Assembly: GCF_009914755.1 (NCBI RefSeq) | Contig: NC_060936.1 | Origin: the human T2T-CHM13v2.0 reference genome, Homo sapiens | Strand: one strand, 5' to 3' | DNA: 64,000 nucleotides | Shown: piece by piece, positions 57,706 to 64,000 of the stretch | Numbering within the stretch: the stretch's first letter is position 1 | How the letters are laid out: each line of letters begins with the position of its first letter | Made by a program: the position numbers and the translations under genes | The notes under the pieces: model-generated | What the model was told of the DNA's origin: nothing | The model's database searches: none | Seen by the model: the letters and a program-made list of their open reading frames with translations, nothing else

Positions 57706-58227
57706 ATATATATATATGCCGTATATATGTACATATATATGACGTATATGTACATATATATGACGTATATATGTACATATATATGACGTATATATGTACA
57801 TATATATGACGTATATGTACATATATATGACGTATATGTGTACATATATATGACGTATATGTGTACATATATATGACGTATATGTGTACATATATATGAC
57901 TATATATGTACATATATATGACGTATATGTGTACATATATATGACGTATATATGTACATATATATGACGTATATATATGTACATATATATGACGTATATA
58001 TGTACATATATATGACGCATATATATGTACATATATATGACGCATATATATGTACATATATATGACGCATATATATGTACATATATATGACGCATATATA
58101 TGTACATATATATGACGCATATATATGTACATATATATGACGCATATATATGTACATATATATGACGCATATATATGTACATATATATGACGCATATATA
58201 TGTACATATATATGACGTATATATATG
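57706..58227. repeat. Minisatellite/VNTR, 21-25 bp units (TGACG[T/C]ATATATGTACATATATA)
   Basis: About 21 tandem units, directly visible. Confidence 0.95.
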
Positions 58228-58859
58228 ATGGAATACTACTCAGCCATAAAAAAGAATGAATTAACGGCATTCGCAGCGACCTGGATGAGATTGGAGACTA
58301 TTATTCTGAGTGAAGTAACTCAGGAATGGAAAACCAAACATCATATATTCTCGCTGATATGTGGGAGCTAAACTATGAGGATGCAAAGGCATATGAATGA
58401 TGCAATGGACTTTGGGGACTCAGGGGAAAGGGTGGGAGGGGGGCGAGGGATAAAAGTCTACAAATAGGGTGCAGTGTATACTTCTCAGGTGATGGTTGCA
58501 CCAAAATCTCACAAATCACCAGTAAAGAATTTACTCTTGTAACCAAACACCACCTGTACTCCAATAACCTATGGAAAAATAAATAAAATAAAAAAGAAAG
58601 CCAAAAGACAATGAAATATCTTCAAAATGCTGAGAGAAAGTAACTATGAGCCTACAATTGTGTATCCAGCAAAACTATCATTCAATAATATCTGTGAACA
58701 AAAAGTGAATTTACTACCAACAGTCTTTCACCAAGGAAGTAAAAGAAATATCAGAAAGAATGTAAATGATGCTAAAAGGGAAGTATAAGATGTAAGAAGG
58801 AACAAAAAAAGACATGGATAATATATAGGTAAATGTAAATAAACATTCTCCGTACACAA

Positions 58860-59065
58860 CAGTTGTTCTCACTTGGGCATAATTTTGCCCCCAGGGAACA
58901 TTTGGTAACATATCTGGAGAAAATTTTTGGATGTTAAAACTGGGCAAGCAGATAAGTTTGCTACTGGCATCTGCTCAACATCCTTCAATGCACAGTATAG
59001 TTCTCCCATCTCCCACACAAAGAATTGTTAGGCCCAAAATGTCAGTAGTAGCAAGACAGAAACCT
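58860..59065. mobile_element. MER20-like DNA transposon
   Basis: gttgttctca...ttttgccccccagggaacatttgg...ggcccaaaatgtcagtagt. Confidence 0.7.
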
Positions 59066-59789
59066 TAAAATCATAAAAATAATGTCTAAGTTGTGGAGGA
59101 AAGGCAGGTATTTCAGGAGGGGTGATCAGAGTCAAACTGGTTTCAGGTCCCTGTATTATTCAGGAGAAGTATTTAAATACTGATTAACATTATATTTGTT
59201 ACACATAAATGGTCAAATTTTAGTAATAGCAATAAATTCCTAAAAGGAAAAAAATTATAACTGGCTCAAGAAGAAATGAATATCTGAATAAACTTGTAAC
59301 AAGTACATAAATATAATTAGTAATTTAAAGTCTTCCCATTTAAAAAAACCCAAGCCCAGTTCACTTCACAGGTGAATTACATCAAATATTTTAGGAAGAG
59401 ATAGTTCTAATATTACACACTCAGAAAATAGAGAAGGGAGTATTTCCCAGATAATTATATAAGCCTAGTATTATTATCCTGACACCAAACCAAAAACATT
59501 ACAAGAAAACTACAGAGAAACAGCTTTCATGAATAAAGACTCAAAAATCATCAACAAAATGTTAGCAAACTGAATACAGCAACATATAAAAAAGGATTAT
59601 ATACACTACCTAGTGGAATTTCTTCAAAAAATGCAAGTTTGGTTTTACATCTGAAAATCAATAAAATAAAATAAAGCCTATATTAATAAAAGATAAAAAT
59701 GACAAGATCACTGCAAATAATGTGGAAAATGTATTTGATAAAATCCAACACCATTCTAAGTTTAAAAATTCTCAAAAGAAATAGCAATA

Positions 59790-62480
<2,691 letters not shown>

Positions 62481-62489
62481 TTTTAAAAA

Positions 62490-64000
<1,511 letters not shown>

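Noticed and set aside
57706-58227. CRISPR-like array (palindromic repeats)
   Set aside because: There are no unique spacers and no cas genes; this is a human minisatellite.

Overview
Human (primate) genomic DNA, recognisable as the ATF1-TMPRSS12 locus (12q13). On the + strand it holds the last coding exon and 3'UTR of ATF1 (bZIP basic region and leucine zipper, 4796-4940), about 22 kb of intergenic DNA, and exons 1-3 of TMPRSS12, a testis serine protease (28107-28293, 28984-29179, 43930-44198). The TMPRSS12 exons carrying the catalytic Ser lie beyond the window. The rest is mostly transposon-derived: more than 40 Alus, several L1s (two near full length), a complete THE1-type MaLR provirus, solo LTRs, DNA transposon fossils and a 7SL retrocopy. 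Nearly all ORFs in the supplied track are Alu, L1 or low-complexity artefacts. I see no convincing new protein-coding system. The most interesting signals are structural: an L1 carrying a 5'-transduced MaLR LTR piece inside its TSD, a 46-bp templated insertion copied from 2.4 kb away, a 3'-truncated tail-less L1 with a TSD, a small inversion shown by an inverted TSD, a weak GC/GT tandem donor in TMPRSS12 intron 1, and a palindromic VNTR carrying 20 half-CRE motifs. Repeat subfamily names come from recalled consensus sequences, and repeat boundaries are approximate.
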